DNA of 63,516 nucleotides, filler included, from Octopus bimaculoides (GCF_001194135.2; 5 parts of 5 records of this genome joined end to end with filler, not necessarily neighbours in it); one strand, 5' to 3'; counted from the first letter of the whole stretch, positions 1 through 10,994 are shown. Notes: generated by a model not told the origin, from the letters alone. A program made the numbers and translations.

Positions 1-270
1 AATGTCGAAGGGTCTTGATAGATGCCCATTGACGCGAACTACCGAACGGATGCCTCTGTACAAGGCAGCCATCCAGCCGCGGAAAATGGGACCGAAGCCG
101 GCTGCTATGAGGACAGCCTCCAAGTATTGATGGTCTACCCTATCGAAAGCTTTCGATTGATCTAAATTGATCAGGGCCCCACCCATGCCAGGTTCCTTAA
201 CTACCCTCTCTATGATGTAGCGCATCAGATGGAGGTTGTCATGGATGCTCCTGCCCGGCACCGCGCACGT
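1..270 (-). mobile_element. Tx1/L1-clade non-LTR retrotransposon, reverse transcriptase fragment (5'-truncated, runs off the window)
   Basis: Reverse complement gives 90 stop-free codons: TCAVPGRSIHDNLHLMRYIIERVVKEPGMGGALINLDQSKAFDRVDHQYLEAVLIAAGFGPIFRGWMAALYRGIRSVVRVNGHLSRPFDI. The GRSIxDN, LDQxKAFDRVDH, GFGPxF and VNGxLS motifs are typical of Tx1/L1 RT. Not in the supplied ORF track because it lacks a start codon. Confidence 0.92.

Positions 271-274
<4 letters not shown>

Positions 275-320
<46 letters not shown>
275..320. repeat. (GATA)n microsatellite abutting the Tx1 5' truncation point
   Basis: Direct read: AGATAGATAGAT... for about 45 bp. Confidence 0.95.
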
Positions 321-321
<1 letters not shown>

Positions 322-414
322 GAATACTAGTATCCACACTTCCACGTGGCATGCTTGAACAATTGTGAAGATCTCTTCACATGAAACCATTGGTAGCCAT
401 GTTAACCTACAAAG

Positions 415-449
<35 letters not shown>

Positions 450-559
450 ACGTGTGTGTCTGTGTATGTCTGAGTATATGTGGGTGTGTGTGTATATACG
501 TTTATATGTGTGTGTATCTGTGTGAGTATGTGTGTATATGTATGTCTTTTTGTGCTTGT

Positions 560-822
560 ATTTGTCACTCGCCCACCGTGTGACAGCCGACGCTTGTTTG
601 TTTACGTCCTCATAACTTAGGTGTTCGACAAATCAGTCGAACTTAGCTGTTCGCAACTTAGCTATTCGATAAATCAGTCCGATATAATAAATACCAGACA
701 TTTAGAAAAAAATTCAAAAGTCCATGATTACTGAGGTCGATTATTTCCATTAAAATTCCTTCGAGGTGTGGCCCCAGTATGGCCGCAGTTCAATAATTCA
801 GACAAGTAACAGATAAAAGATG
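560..822 (+). mobile_element. 3' half of an octopus-type SINE, preceded by a (TA)n(TG)n tract
   Basis: CCCACC..GACAGCCGACGCT..TTTACGTCC..AACTTAG..TTCG ... GGCCGCAGT..AAT..CAGACAAGTAA matches other copies at 37385-37520 (+), 49255-49450 (-) and 59045-59140 (-). Confidence 0.75.
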
Positions 823-2225
823 AAATATACTAAATTTCCCCGATTCCTCATGTATAATATTACACATTGATACAGTATTTATTTCATTGTTACATCAGTG
901 GCGGCACCATGGTCAAGGTCTACCTGATTTGGTTAAACAAGGCCGAAACATGTCCGCAGTTATCTCCCGTACCTACCGCTATGATTAAAATAATATGTTT
1001 TCTCTTTTTCTCGCATCATAATAATTTTTAATTAGAATTTTTTTCATTATATTTTATGGTCACCAATATTAAATATATTAACACTACTCAAATTTTGATT
1101 TATAGTTAAGCTCATTTGGCCTGCTCAGACATTTCAAAGAAATCTCTTGGTACTGGGCACAGCGTAAGAAAAAGTAACGGTTTTTGAACAGTTGACGGAC
1201 AGGCAATAGGGTAGGGTGACAGCCTAAACGAATCCGCCAGTTACGATTAATTTTAACGCATGTAACACGAATTTGAACGCAAGTTCACTCCAGTGTTGCG
1301 AACCACCTCATTCCAATTTTGGAAATGGAAATGAATTTTAAAATGGAAAGCATAAACCATTAAAGAGGAAGTGCTTTAGTTAATTAAAAAGAGCGCCCAA
1401 CCCCACATAAACAACTTAAAAAATAATATAAAAGAATGTGTGTGTGTGTGTGTGTGTGTGTGTATGCGTGTGTGTGCGTATGTATATGCATATGTATGTA
1501 CTATGTATGTTCGTACGTATGCATGTATATATATATATATATATACAGAGAGAGAGATGTATATGTACATACACATACGTACATAACCGTGTATATATGT
1601 GTGTGTGTGTGTATAAATATTTTATATGTATGTATACACATGCACACATACATGAATATACCTATAGACATAGATATATACGCAAGTCAATATCAATTTC
1701 CATATATCTATGTGTGTGCCTATACATAAACACACACACACACACACACACNNNNNNNNNNNNNNNNNNNNNNNNNNNNNNNNNNNNNNNNNNNNNNNNN
1801 NNNNNNNNNNNNNNNNNNNNNNNNNNNNNNNNNNNNNNNNNNNNNNNNNNNCTCACCAATTTCTACGTTTCACCTTTTTCCTATAATATTTATTGATTCA
1901 TTATAATTTCAAACCCCTACTACACATTGCATGTATATACTTTTCCAGCGCCAATTCTCCTTTCACTGCAACTTTATATGCAACCCACCCACCCACCAAC
2001 ATACCTACCTACCTACCCAAACACCCGTCCACCCCTTCCTTTCTCTCTTCCATTCGAAATACCCCCACCTTCACACCCGATCTACTCCCTTATATGCAAT
2101 ATGGTTGCTTGTTTCTGATTTTCTATTCGATGAGATGAGCTTGTAATGTAAATATGCAGATCAGTTCACTTTTAACACGTCCAAAAAAACAAAAAACAAA
2201 ACAAAAAAAAAACAATATAATAAAT

Positions 2226-2697
<472 letters not shown>

Positions 2698-3439
2698 NNN
2701 NNNNNNNNNNNNNNNNNNNNNNNNNNNNNNNNNNNNNNNNNNNNNNNNNNNNNNNNNNNNNNNNNNNNNNNNNNNNNNNNNNNNNNNNNNNNNNNNNNNN
2801 NNNNNNNNNNNNNNNNNNNNNNNNNNNNNNNNNNNNNNNNNNNNNNNNNNNNNNNNNNNNNNNNNNNNNNNNNNNNNNNNNNNNNNNNNNNNNNNNNNNN
2901 NNNNNNNNNNNNNNNNNNNNNNNNNNNNNNNNNNNNNNNNNNNNNNNNNNNNNNNNNNNNNNNNNNNNNNNNNNNNNNNNNNNNNNNNNNNNNNNNNNNN
3001 NNNNNNNNNNNNNNNNNNNNNNNNNNNNNNNNNNNNNNNNNNNNNNNNNNNNNNNNNNNNNNNNNNNNNNNNNNNNNNNNNNNNNNNNNNNNNNNNNNNN
3101 NNNNNNNNNNNNNNNNNNNNNNNNNNNNNNNNNNNNNNNNNNNNNNNNNNNNNNNNNNNNNNNNNNNNNNNNNNNNNNNNNNNNNNNNNNNNNNNNNNNN
3201 NNNNNNNNNNNNNNNNNNNNNNNNNNNNNNNNNNNNNNNNNNNNNNNNNNNNNNNNNNNNNNNNNNNNNNNNNNNNNNNNNNNNNNNNNNNNNNNNNNNN
3301 NNNNNNNNNNNNNNNNNNNNNNNNNNNNNNNNNNNNNNNNNNNNNNNNNNNNNNNNNNNNNNNNNNNNNNNNNNNNNNNNNNNNNNNGTTTGTGTGTGTG
3401 CGTCGCTTTTCACCTGTCCCCCTTACTCGCCCCTTGTAG

Positions 3440-3590
3440 TATCTTCGTTCCCTTTTTAGGTACCCACAACTCACACTTGCCGATGACGTAAATGATGATG
3501 ATGATGATGATGGTGGTGATGATGATGATGATGATGATGATGATGTCGACGACGACGACGACGACGATGACGATAATGATGATGATGACG
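3440..3590 (+). mobile_element. Retroposon 3' end with (TGA)n tail
   Basis: GTAGTATCTTCGTTCCCTTTTTAGGTACCCACAACTCACACTTGCCGATGACGTAAA(TGA)n is nearly identical to the reverse complement of 6435-6495. Confidence 0.65.
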
Positions 3591-3889
3591 ATGTGTTTAA
3601 TCCATGTCCTCAGCCGCCACGATCAACCCTAATTAAGGGGACAGATCTTCTTATGACCAAAATCATTCTAGACATGATCCCCCTCCCCACGACCCTTACT
3701 ATTTTATTTATTTATTTATTCATTTATTTATTTATTTGTATATGCTTATTCTTCGAAATATCCTTCTTCGCTCAGGAAGCCAGAAGTTCATTCACAAGAG
3801 ATTTAGCTGCCATTTTCCGCAGATGATGCGCCCGTTTTCCCTGCTTGACTCGACATTCAAGGGATATGAATGGCTGGGTTAGATTGCTG

Positions 3890-3980
3890 CTGTTGTTGTT
3901 GTTGTTACTTAGCCTCAGGTCAGCCGTGACCGTGTGAGACTCTATGATCAAAAGTATTCGATGCCATAACCATCCTCACT
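3890..3980 (-). mobile_element. SINE 3' tail fragment ending in (CAA)n
   Basis: (GTT)n followed by TTAGCCTCAGGTCAGCCGTGA..CTATGATCAAAAG..CCATAACCATCC resembles a recalled octopus SINE tail. Confidence 0.5.
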
Positions 3981-4449
3981 TGGTCAAACAAGTCCAATGA
4001 TGATGATGACCTTCATCCCCTACATCATCATCATCATCATTATAATTTTTTTCCTCCTCCTCCTCCTCCTCCTCTTCCTCCTCCTCCTNNNNNNNNNNNN
4101 NNNNNNNNNNNNNNNNNNNNNNNNNNNNNNNNNNNNNNNNNNNNNNNNNNNNNNNNNNNNNNNNNNNNNNNNNNNNNNNNNNNNNNNNNNNNNNNNNNNT
4201 CATCATCATCATCATCATCATCATCGTCGTCTTCATCACCATCTTCTTCTTCTTCTTCTTCTTCTTCTTCTTCTTCTTCTTCTTCTTCTTCTTCTTCTTC
4301 TTCTTCTTCTTCTTTTTCTTCTTCTTCTGGTAGTTTTTCTCCTTCCCCCTATGCAAGATGAATCTCCGTCATCCAAATGTCCTTCCATCTTTAAAACTAC
4401 CGAAAGGTTATAATACGAAGGAGATTTTAACCGCTATTTTTCAACATAT

Positions 4450-4648
4450 ATTCTTTTCTACTCTAGGTACAAGGCTCGAAATTTTGGGGGAAGTGTCTAG
4501 TCGAGTAGATCGACCCCAGTACGCAACTGGTACTTAATTTATCGACACCTAAAGGACGAAAGGCAAAATCGACCTCGGCGGAATTTGAACTCAGACGAAA
4601 TACCGCTCATTTCTCCCGGAGTGCTGACGTTTCTGCCAGCTCGCCTTT
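4450..4648 (-). mobile_element. tRNA-derived SINE with Nin/Deu-like central domain
   Basis: The reverse complement has a GGCGAGCTGGCAGAA A-box-like head, a GAGTTCAAATTCC B-box and TTTGCCTTTCGTCCTTTAGGTGTCGATAAATTAAGTACCAG; five other copies in the window. Confidence 0.85.
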
Positions 4649-5366
4649 CTTCACATATATTGTGACCACATAAACGTCCCCTCGCCATTTCGCGATGGCC
4701 AAGCATAAGATCATGATTATCTGGGAGAACTTATAAACCGTGGCTGAGGGAGGTGTTTTAACAGACGGTTCTATGAAAATATTGATTCCGTTATAAATAC
4801 AAACTTGTGTCTAGGGAGAGTCATTAGACCAATATAATTAACACACGCACTGGTTCAATTTCACTCCGTTTCGTTATTATTAGTCAATTGATTAAATATC
4901 CAACTAACTAATTTGTTTTGTAATTGTTTGTCAAAGTTCGTCCGTTGCTACTTGCAACCTTTTCAATGACTGTTGAATTAGTCCGTTATACAGGCCACGT
5001 TTGTTTGAGATTTGTTGCGTGCGTGTGTGTACATGTCAGCTTGCGCGTGTGCTTGTGTATGTATGTGTGCATGTATGTATGTATGTGCATCTACGTATGT
5101 GTATATGTATGTATGTATGTGTATGCACGTACGTATGTATGTACGTACGTATGAATGTATGTAGGTATGTATGTGTGTACGTACATATGTATGTATGTAC
5201 GTACGTATGTATTTATGCGTGTATGTATGTATGTATTCTGCATATTCATGTGTTTGTGTGTGTACAAACCAAACACAAAAACTAAGTACAAACTTGTTAA
5301 CATTTCATATAACTTGGAGACATATTCAAAGCTGTAAAAATCCATCTACTGTATCTTGTCATGGAG

Positions 5367-5457
<91 letters not shown>

Positions 5458-5857
5458 GTCTGCAGACAAATAGGTCTAAATACGCAGAGTCAGTTTGCAA
5501 TAGTTATCTCCTCTTCAGCAGCAGAAGTTGGAAAGGTTATCGTTTCAAACTGACTAGAAAGACAGAATCCCCTTACCGTATCCCTGTTATTGTTGCATTG
5601 GTTGACAGCTCACCATAAATATAATATGGAACGTAAGTGCTGAGTAGTAATGTACATAAGCACAAAGATTTTACCAATTCCAATACGCTAGAGGGATATT
5701 CCAGCCCGTAAGAAAATCATTCATGTATTTTGTCATGGAGAAAATTTGTCGCTGTTGATTAACAAACAAGTTTAAACACATCAAGTCTGGTTAGAGGCGC
5801 TGCGAACTGATAATGTCACTCCGTATTTTAATTCCGTTATGTCATGCCAAAGAGATA

Positions 5858-6000
5858 AGGTAAGGCTGACCCGTTAGAAGGACCGATAGAATTTGCTGGA
5901 TTTAATTCCGTCGTGAATTCAAACCCCGCCCAGGTAGAATCTGTCTTCCATCCTTACGGGTTCCGTAAAATAATGTATCAGACAGGTGCAGGGGATGATT
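5858..6000 (+). mobile_element. Degraded copy of the Nin-type SINE
   Basis: GAATTCAAACCCCGCCCAGGTAGAATCTGTCTTCCATCCTTACGGGTTCCGTAAAATAATGTATCAG aligns to the family core. Confidence 0.65.
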
Positions 6001-6204
6001 CCTCTTTCGTCTCTCATTCTTTCAGAATTGGTTACAACTAAGTTGTTAGGGAGCCGTTGAAAGGTTATTCAGAAGACCCACGAAGACCAGCCAGAAGTTT
6101 GTAGGGGACTCTCAGTGGTCCATGACAGGCTATTCAGAAGGCTGAAGGAGATCAACAAGAGGGCCATGTGAAACCATGCAGAGGTCGTTAGGGGGATCAC
6201 GTAG

Positions 6205-6264
<60 letters not shown>

Positions 6265-6593
6265 GTCATCATCCTCAAAATCACCACCTCTATCATCGTC
6301 ATCATCACCATCACCATCACCTTCATTTTTGTCATCATCAACATCATCGTCGTCATCATCGTCATCATCGTCATCATCATCATCATCATCATCTTCTTCA
6401 TCATCGTCGTCGTCGTCGTCATCACCATCATCATCATCATTTACGTCATCGGTAAGCGTGAATTGTGGATGTCTAAAAAGGGAACGAAGGTACTACCTGG
6501 AAGTCCGTTATAGACGCCCCCCACCAAAGATCCGTGTGGTATCTACCCAGAAGTCCTTCATAGCCATCTTCTTGTGTCTGAGCCCCCCCCCCC
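6205..6593 (-). mobile_element. Retroposon 3' end (coding remnant + 3' UTR) with long (TGA)n tail
   Basis: Same ~55-bp terminus as 3440-3495; the upstream frame GGGLRHKKMAMKDFWVDTTRIFGGGRL* ends just before it; the tail is the (CAT)n tract at 6205-6440. Confidence 0.55.
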
Positions 6594-7689
6594 NNNNNNN
6601 NNNNNNNNNNNNNNNNNNNNNNNNNNNNNNNNNNNNNNNNNNNNNNNNNNNNNNNNNNNNNNNNNNNNNNNNNNNNNNNNNNNNNNNNNNNNNNNNNNNN
6701 NNNNNNNNNNNNNNNNNNNNNNNNNNNNNNNNNNNNNNNNNNNNNNNNNNNNNNNNNNNNNNNNNNNNNNNNNNNNNNNNNNNNNNNNNNNNNNNNNNNN
6801 NNNNNNNNNNNNNNNNNNNNNNNNNNNNNNNNNNNNNNNNNNNNNNNNNNNNNNNNNNNNNNNNNNNNNNNNNNNNNNNNNNNNNNNNNNNNNNNNNNNN
6901 NNNNNNNNNNNNNNNNNNNNNNNNNNNNNNNNNNNNNNNNNNNNNNNNNNNNNNNNNNNNNNNNNNNNNNNNNNNNNNNNNNNNNNNNNNNNNNNNNNNN
7001 NNNNNNNNNNNNNNNNNNNNNNNNNNNNNNNNNNNNNNNNNNNNNNNNNNNNNNNNNNNNNNNNNNNNNNNNNNNNNNNNNNNNNNNNNNNNNNNNNNNN
7101 NNNNNNNNNNNNNNNNNNNNNNNNNNNNNNNNNNNNNNNNNNNNNNNNNNNNNNNNNNNNNNNNNNNNNNNNNNNNNNNNNNNNNNNNNNNNNNNNNNNN
7201 NNNNNNNNNNNNNNNNNNNNNNNNNNNNNNNNNNNNNNNNNNNNNNNNNNNNNNNNNNNNNNNNNNNNNNNNNNNNNNNNNNNNNNNNNNNNNNNNNNNN
7301 NNNNNNNNNNNNNNNNNNNNNNNNNNNNNNNNNNNNNNNNNNNNNNNNNNNNNNNNNNNNNNNNNNNNNNNNNNNNNNNNNNNNNNNNNNNNNNNNNNNN
7401 NNNNNNNNNNNNNNNNNNNNNNNNNNNNNNNNNNNNNNNNNNNNNNNNNNNNNNNNNNNNNNNNNNNNNNNNNNNNNNNNNNNNNNNNNNNNNNNNNNNN
7501 NNNNNNNNNNNNNNNNNNNNNNNNNNNNNNNNNNNTATATATATATGAGAGACCAAAGTGTACGTACGCCGCCATATGTATATAAAAAGGAAAGCAAAAA
7601 TGGGACATGAATGCAAAGCATCCAGACAGCTAGATGATACAAAAAAGGGACAACAAAACATCCAGATAGATGATACAAAAGAGGGACAA

Positions 7690-7975
7690 GAAAAAACAGG
7701 GATGGGTCATTCGAAGTTTTCTTTCCTCAGTCGATCTCCAGATTATCTTTACAACGAAATTGCAAACATCATGGAACTCGCCGTGATAGATCGCTAGCCA
7801 CTATACCCTTTTCTATTTTCTCTCCCTGTTTATTTCTGTGTTTCTTTCTGTCGATGAGCGTCGGCTCGAAACGTAAAAGACTTTCTCACTTCCTGAGCGT
7901 TAAGCTAAAACATCTGTTTGTTGTATACACACCCGTCTTCGTCTTTTGCCTTTTATGTAAATTCTCGCTATACAT
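7690..7975. mobile_element. Penelope-like pseudo-LTR remnant with two divergent hammerhead-like motifs
   Basis: Minus 7697-7735: CTGAGGA-A-AGA-AAAC-TTC-GAATG-ACC-CATC. Plus 7843-7880: TCTTT-CTGTCGA-T-GAGC-GTCG-GCTC-GAAAC-GTA-AAAGA. The plus part is homologous to 11028-11160. Confidence 0.55.
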
Positions 7976-8013
7976 ACATACATGTATGTATGTATGTATG
8001 TATGTATGTATAT

Positions 8014-8282
8014 GTGAAGGCTCATGGTTCAGTGGTTAGAGCGTCGAGTTTACGATTGTGAGGTTCTGAGTTCGATTCCCGAACCGGCTGCATGTTATGT
8101 TCTTGAGCAAGACACTTTATTTCACGTTGCTCCTGTCCACTCAGCTTTAGTAATGAGTTGTGACGTCACCGGTGCCAAGCTGTATCGGCCTTTGGCCTTC
8201 CCTTAGAAAACATCAGTGGCGTGGAGAGGGGACGCTGGTATGCATGGGCGATTTCTGGTCTTCCATAAAAACAACCCTAGGT
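8014..8282 (+). mobile_element. tRNA-derived SINE with CORE/Meta-like domain
   Basis: TGGTTCAGTGGTTAGAGC A-box, GAGTTCGATTCCC B-box, then TGTTCTTGAGCAAGACACTTTATTTCACGTTGCTCC; homologous to 50640-50932. Confidence 0.85.
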
Positions 8283-8389
8283 TGTGCGATCGCTTTTCTT
8301 TTAATACCTAACTGAGAACGAACCAGTAAACGTTTTGGGGGTAATCCCTTACTGTTTACAAATACACATACACACACACACACACACAT

Positions 8390-8625
8390 ATATCACGTGA
8401 TCACGTGACTGACCAGGTTATCCCGCTGTTGTTACACATCGCTGGTCACAATACGCTTTTGTATTATTTTAGCCTTCAAATGACGCCACCCCGCTGACTA
8501 GGCGAGCAGGTCAGCATCTATACGTGAAATGAAGTGTTTTACTTAAGAACACAACGCGGGGCCCAAACAGGGAATCGAACCCATGATGTAGCGGTCGTGA
8601 CCACAACAGCCTAGCCACTAGGTCA
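8390..8625 (-). mobile_element. tRNA-derived SINE with the same head/central domain but a different 3' tail
   Basis: The reverse complement has TAGTGGCTAGG, GGGTTCGATTCCC and GTTGTGTTCTTAAGTAAAACACTTCATTTCACG; the tail ends in TCACGTGATCACGTGA. Confidence 0.7.
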
Positions 8626-9104
8626 AATACCTTCGCATACACGCATATATGCGTATATGTATGTGTGTGAGTATATATATNNNNNNNNNNNNNNNNNNNN
8701 NNNNNNNNNNNNNNNNNNNNNNNNNNNNNNNNNNNNNNNNNNNNNNNNNNNNNNNNNNNNNNNNNNNNNNNNNNNNNNNNNNNNNNNNNNNNNNNNNNNN
8801 NNNNNNNNNNNNNNNNNNNNNNNNNNNNNNNNNNNNNNNNNNNNNNNNNNNNNNNNNNNNNNNNNNNNNNNNNNNNNNNNNNNNNNNNNNNNNNNNNNNN
8901 NNNNNNNNNNNNNNNNNNNNNNNNNNNNNNNNNNNNNNNNNNNNNNNNNNNNNNNNNNNNNNNNNNNNNNNNNNNNNNNNNNNNNNNNNNNNNNNNNNNN
9001 NNNNNNNNNNNNNNNNNNNNNNNNNNNNNNNNNNNNNNNNNNNNNNNNNNNNNNNNNNNNNTTATTCAGTCCCTCGAAGCGTGAGGCATTACTACACATA
9101 TAAT

Positions 9105-9152
<48 letters not shown>

Positions 9153-9153
9153 C

Positions 9154-9214
<61 letters not shown>

Positions 9215-9309
9215 TACACACACACAGCGAATAGCTATAGGGGCCCAATGGAGTAAAATAAGGATCAAAGGAGTCCATGGGCCAAAATTGGTTGAGAATC
9301 ACGGCTCTA

Positions 9310-9700
9310 GTCTTTTGTCGCGGAGGAAAGCAGTGCATGATGGGAAGAAAGAAATCGTATCGAATATGAACATCTCGGGAGTGGATGTTCGTAAGAGTTC
9401 TAGATGCGAATTTACCTGAGTAAGTTAGCGCACAGCCCAATTTAAAATATAACGATTGTGGGCGTGTCTGTCTAAGTAAGGCAGGTCTTCGATATCATCA
9501 GAGAAGCCACAGAAAGAGAGTGACAGAGACAGACAAAACAGACAGACAGACAGACAGACAGACAGATAGACAGATAGACAGAAGTTCTTAACTGTGCATT
9601 CTACTGTATCTCTACTTGTAGAGAGTATGGAAAAGTATATGCGGCACGAGGAGAACTAAAACGACACATGAAAGTCTACTAAGCGGTATTAGAAAACTTA
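9310..9700 (+). mobile_element. RTE-clade LINE 3' end with two decayed C2H2 zinc fingers
   Basis: Frames read SRRKAVHDG, then AQPNLK(Y)NDCGRVCLSKAGLRYHQRSH, then TCRE(Y)GKVYAARGELKRHMKV(Y)*; a (CAGA)n expansion lies between the fingers. Confidence 0.7.
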
Positions 9701-9882
9701 TGCAAGAGGCGCCCATCATTTCTATATCTGTACTAAAAGAGTATAAGTTCTCAGCTTGATTGAGAAGCAACATGTGTGTTGTTCATATTTAAAAGAGCAA
9801 TCAAGGGATGCCATTGCTCGAAATCGAGTTTCAGCCATCATGTATGTATGTATGTATGTATGTATGTATGTATGTATGTATG

Positions 9883-9918
<36 letters not shown>

Positions 9919-10430
9919 CACATATATATANNNNNNNNNNNNNNNNNNNNNNNNNNNNNNNNNNNNNNNNNNNNNNNNNNNNNNNNNNNNNNNNNNNNNN
10001 NNNNNNNNNNNNNNNNNNNNNNNNNNNNNNNNNNNNNNNNNNNNNNNNNNNNNNNNNNNNNNNNNNNNNNNNNNNNNNNNNNNNNNNNNNNNNNNNNNNN
10101 NNNNNNNNNNNNNNNNNNNNNNNNNNNNNNNNNNNNNNNNNNNNNNNNNNNNNNNNNNNNNNNNNNNNNNNNNNNNNNNNNNNNNNNNNNNNNNNNNNNN
10201 NNNNNNNNNNNNNNNNNNNNNNNNNNNNNNNNNNNNNNNNNNNNNNNNNNNNNNNNNNNNNNNNNNNNNNNNNNNNNNNNNNNNNNNNNNNNNNNNNNNN
10301 NNNNNNNNNNNNNNNNNNNNNNNNNNNNNNNNNNNNNNNNNNNNNNNNNNNNNNNNNNNNNNNNNNNNNNNNNNNNNNNNNNNNNNNNNNNNNNNNNNNN
10401 NNNNNNNNNNNNNNNNNNNNNNNNNNNNNN

Positions 10431-10461
<31 letters not shown>

Positions 10462-10468
<7 letters not shown>

Positions 10469-10600
10469 ATTTATTGCTTACTTATTTCAGTCATTAAATA
10501 GAAATATATGAGTTGAACGAATCGATCCCAGTACTTACATTTTTGGCGCATAGTGTTTATTCTATCGATCTCTCTGCCCACGCTGCTACGTCATAGAGAC
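10462..10600 (-). mobile_element. Degraded SINE 3' half (family of 560-822)
   Basis: TTATTTCAGTCATT..TCGATCCCAGTACTTA..TATTCTATCGATCTC.. Confidence 0.55.
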
Positions 10601-10745
10601 ACAAACACACATACACTCACACGCACGCACTCACACATACATACGTATATATGATTTAGTTTAGCACTCCCTATTTTAGAGTTCATGTATATTTGTGCAT
10701 ACATACATACATACATACATACATACATACATACATACATACATA

Positions 10746-10831
10746 CGAGGGTTGTTTGAGACGCTTTGAGCCTTGAAGTCTTGTACTATGTATTGTTTTT
10801 TTGAGGCTCAAGATTTTTCATACATCCCTCG
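10746..10831. mobile_element. 86-bp Tc1/mariner-type MITE with TA target duplication
   Basis: TA|CGAGGGTTGTTTGAGACGCTTTGAGCCT ... AGGCTCAAGATTTTTCATACATCCCTCG|TA: imperfect 28-bp TIRs (about 21/28 match) starting CGAGGG and flanked by TA. Confidence 0.8.
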
Positions 10832-10994
10832 TATATACATACGTGAGTATGTACGTAAATACATAATATATACATATATACGTACATACATATGTACTTA
10901 GGTATATCTACGTACGTGCGTACGCATACATATATATACATCCAAAACCTATATTCTTATATAGATACTCTCTTATATAGATAAACATATATAC

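Noticed and set aside
896-912. hAT-like terminus CAGTGGCGGCACC
   Set aside because: No matching inverted end or transposase found nearby
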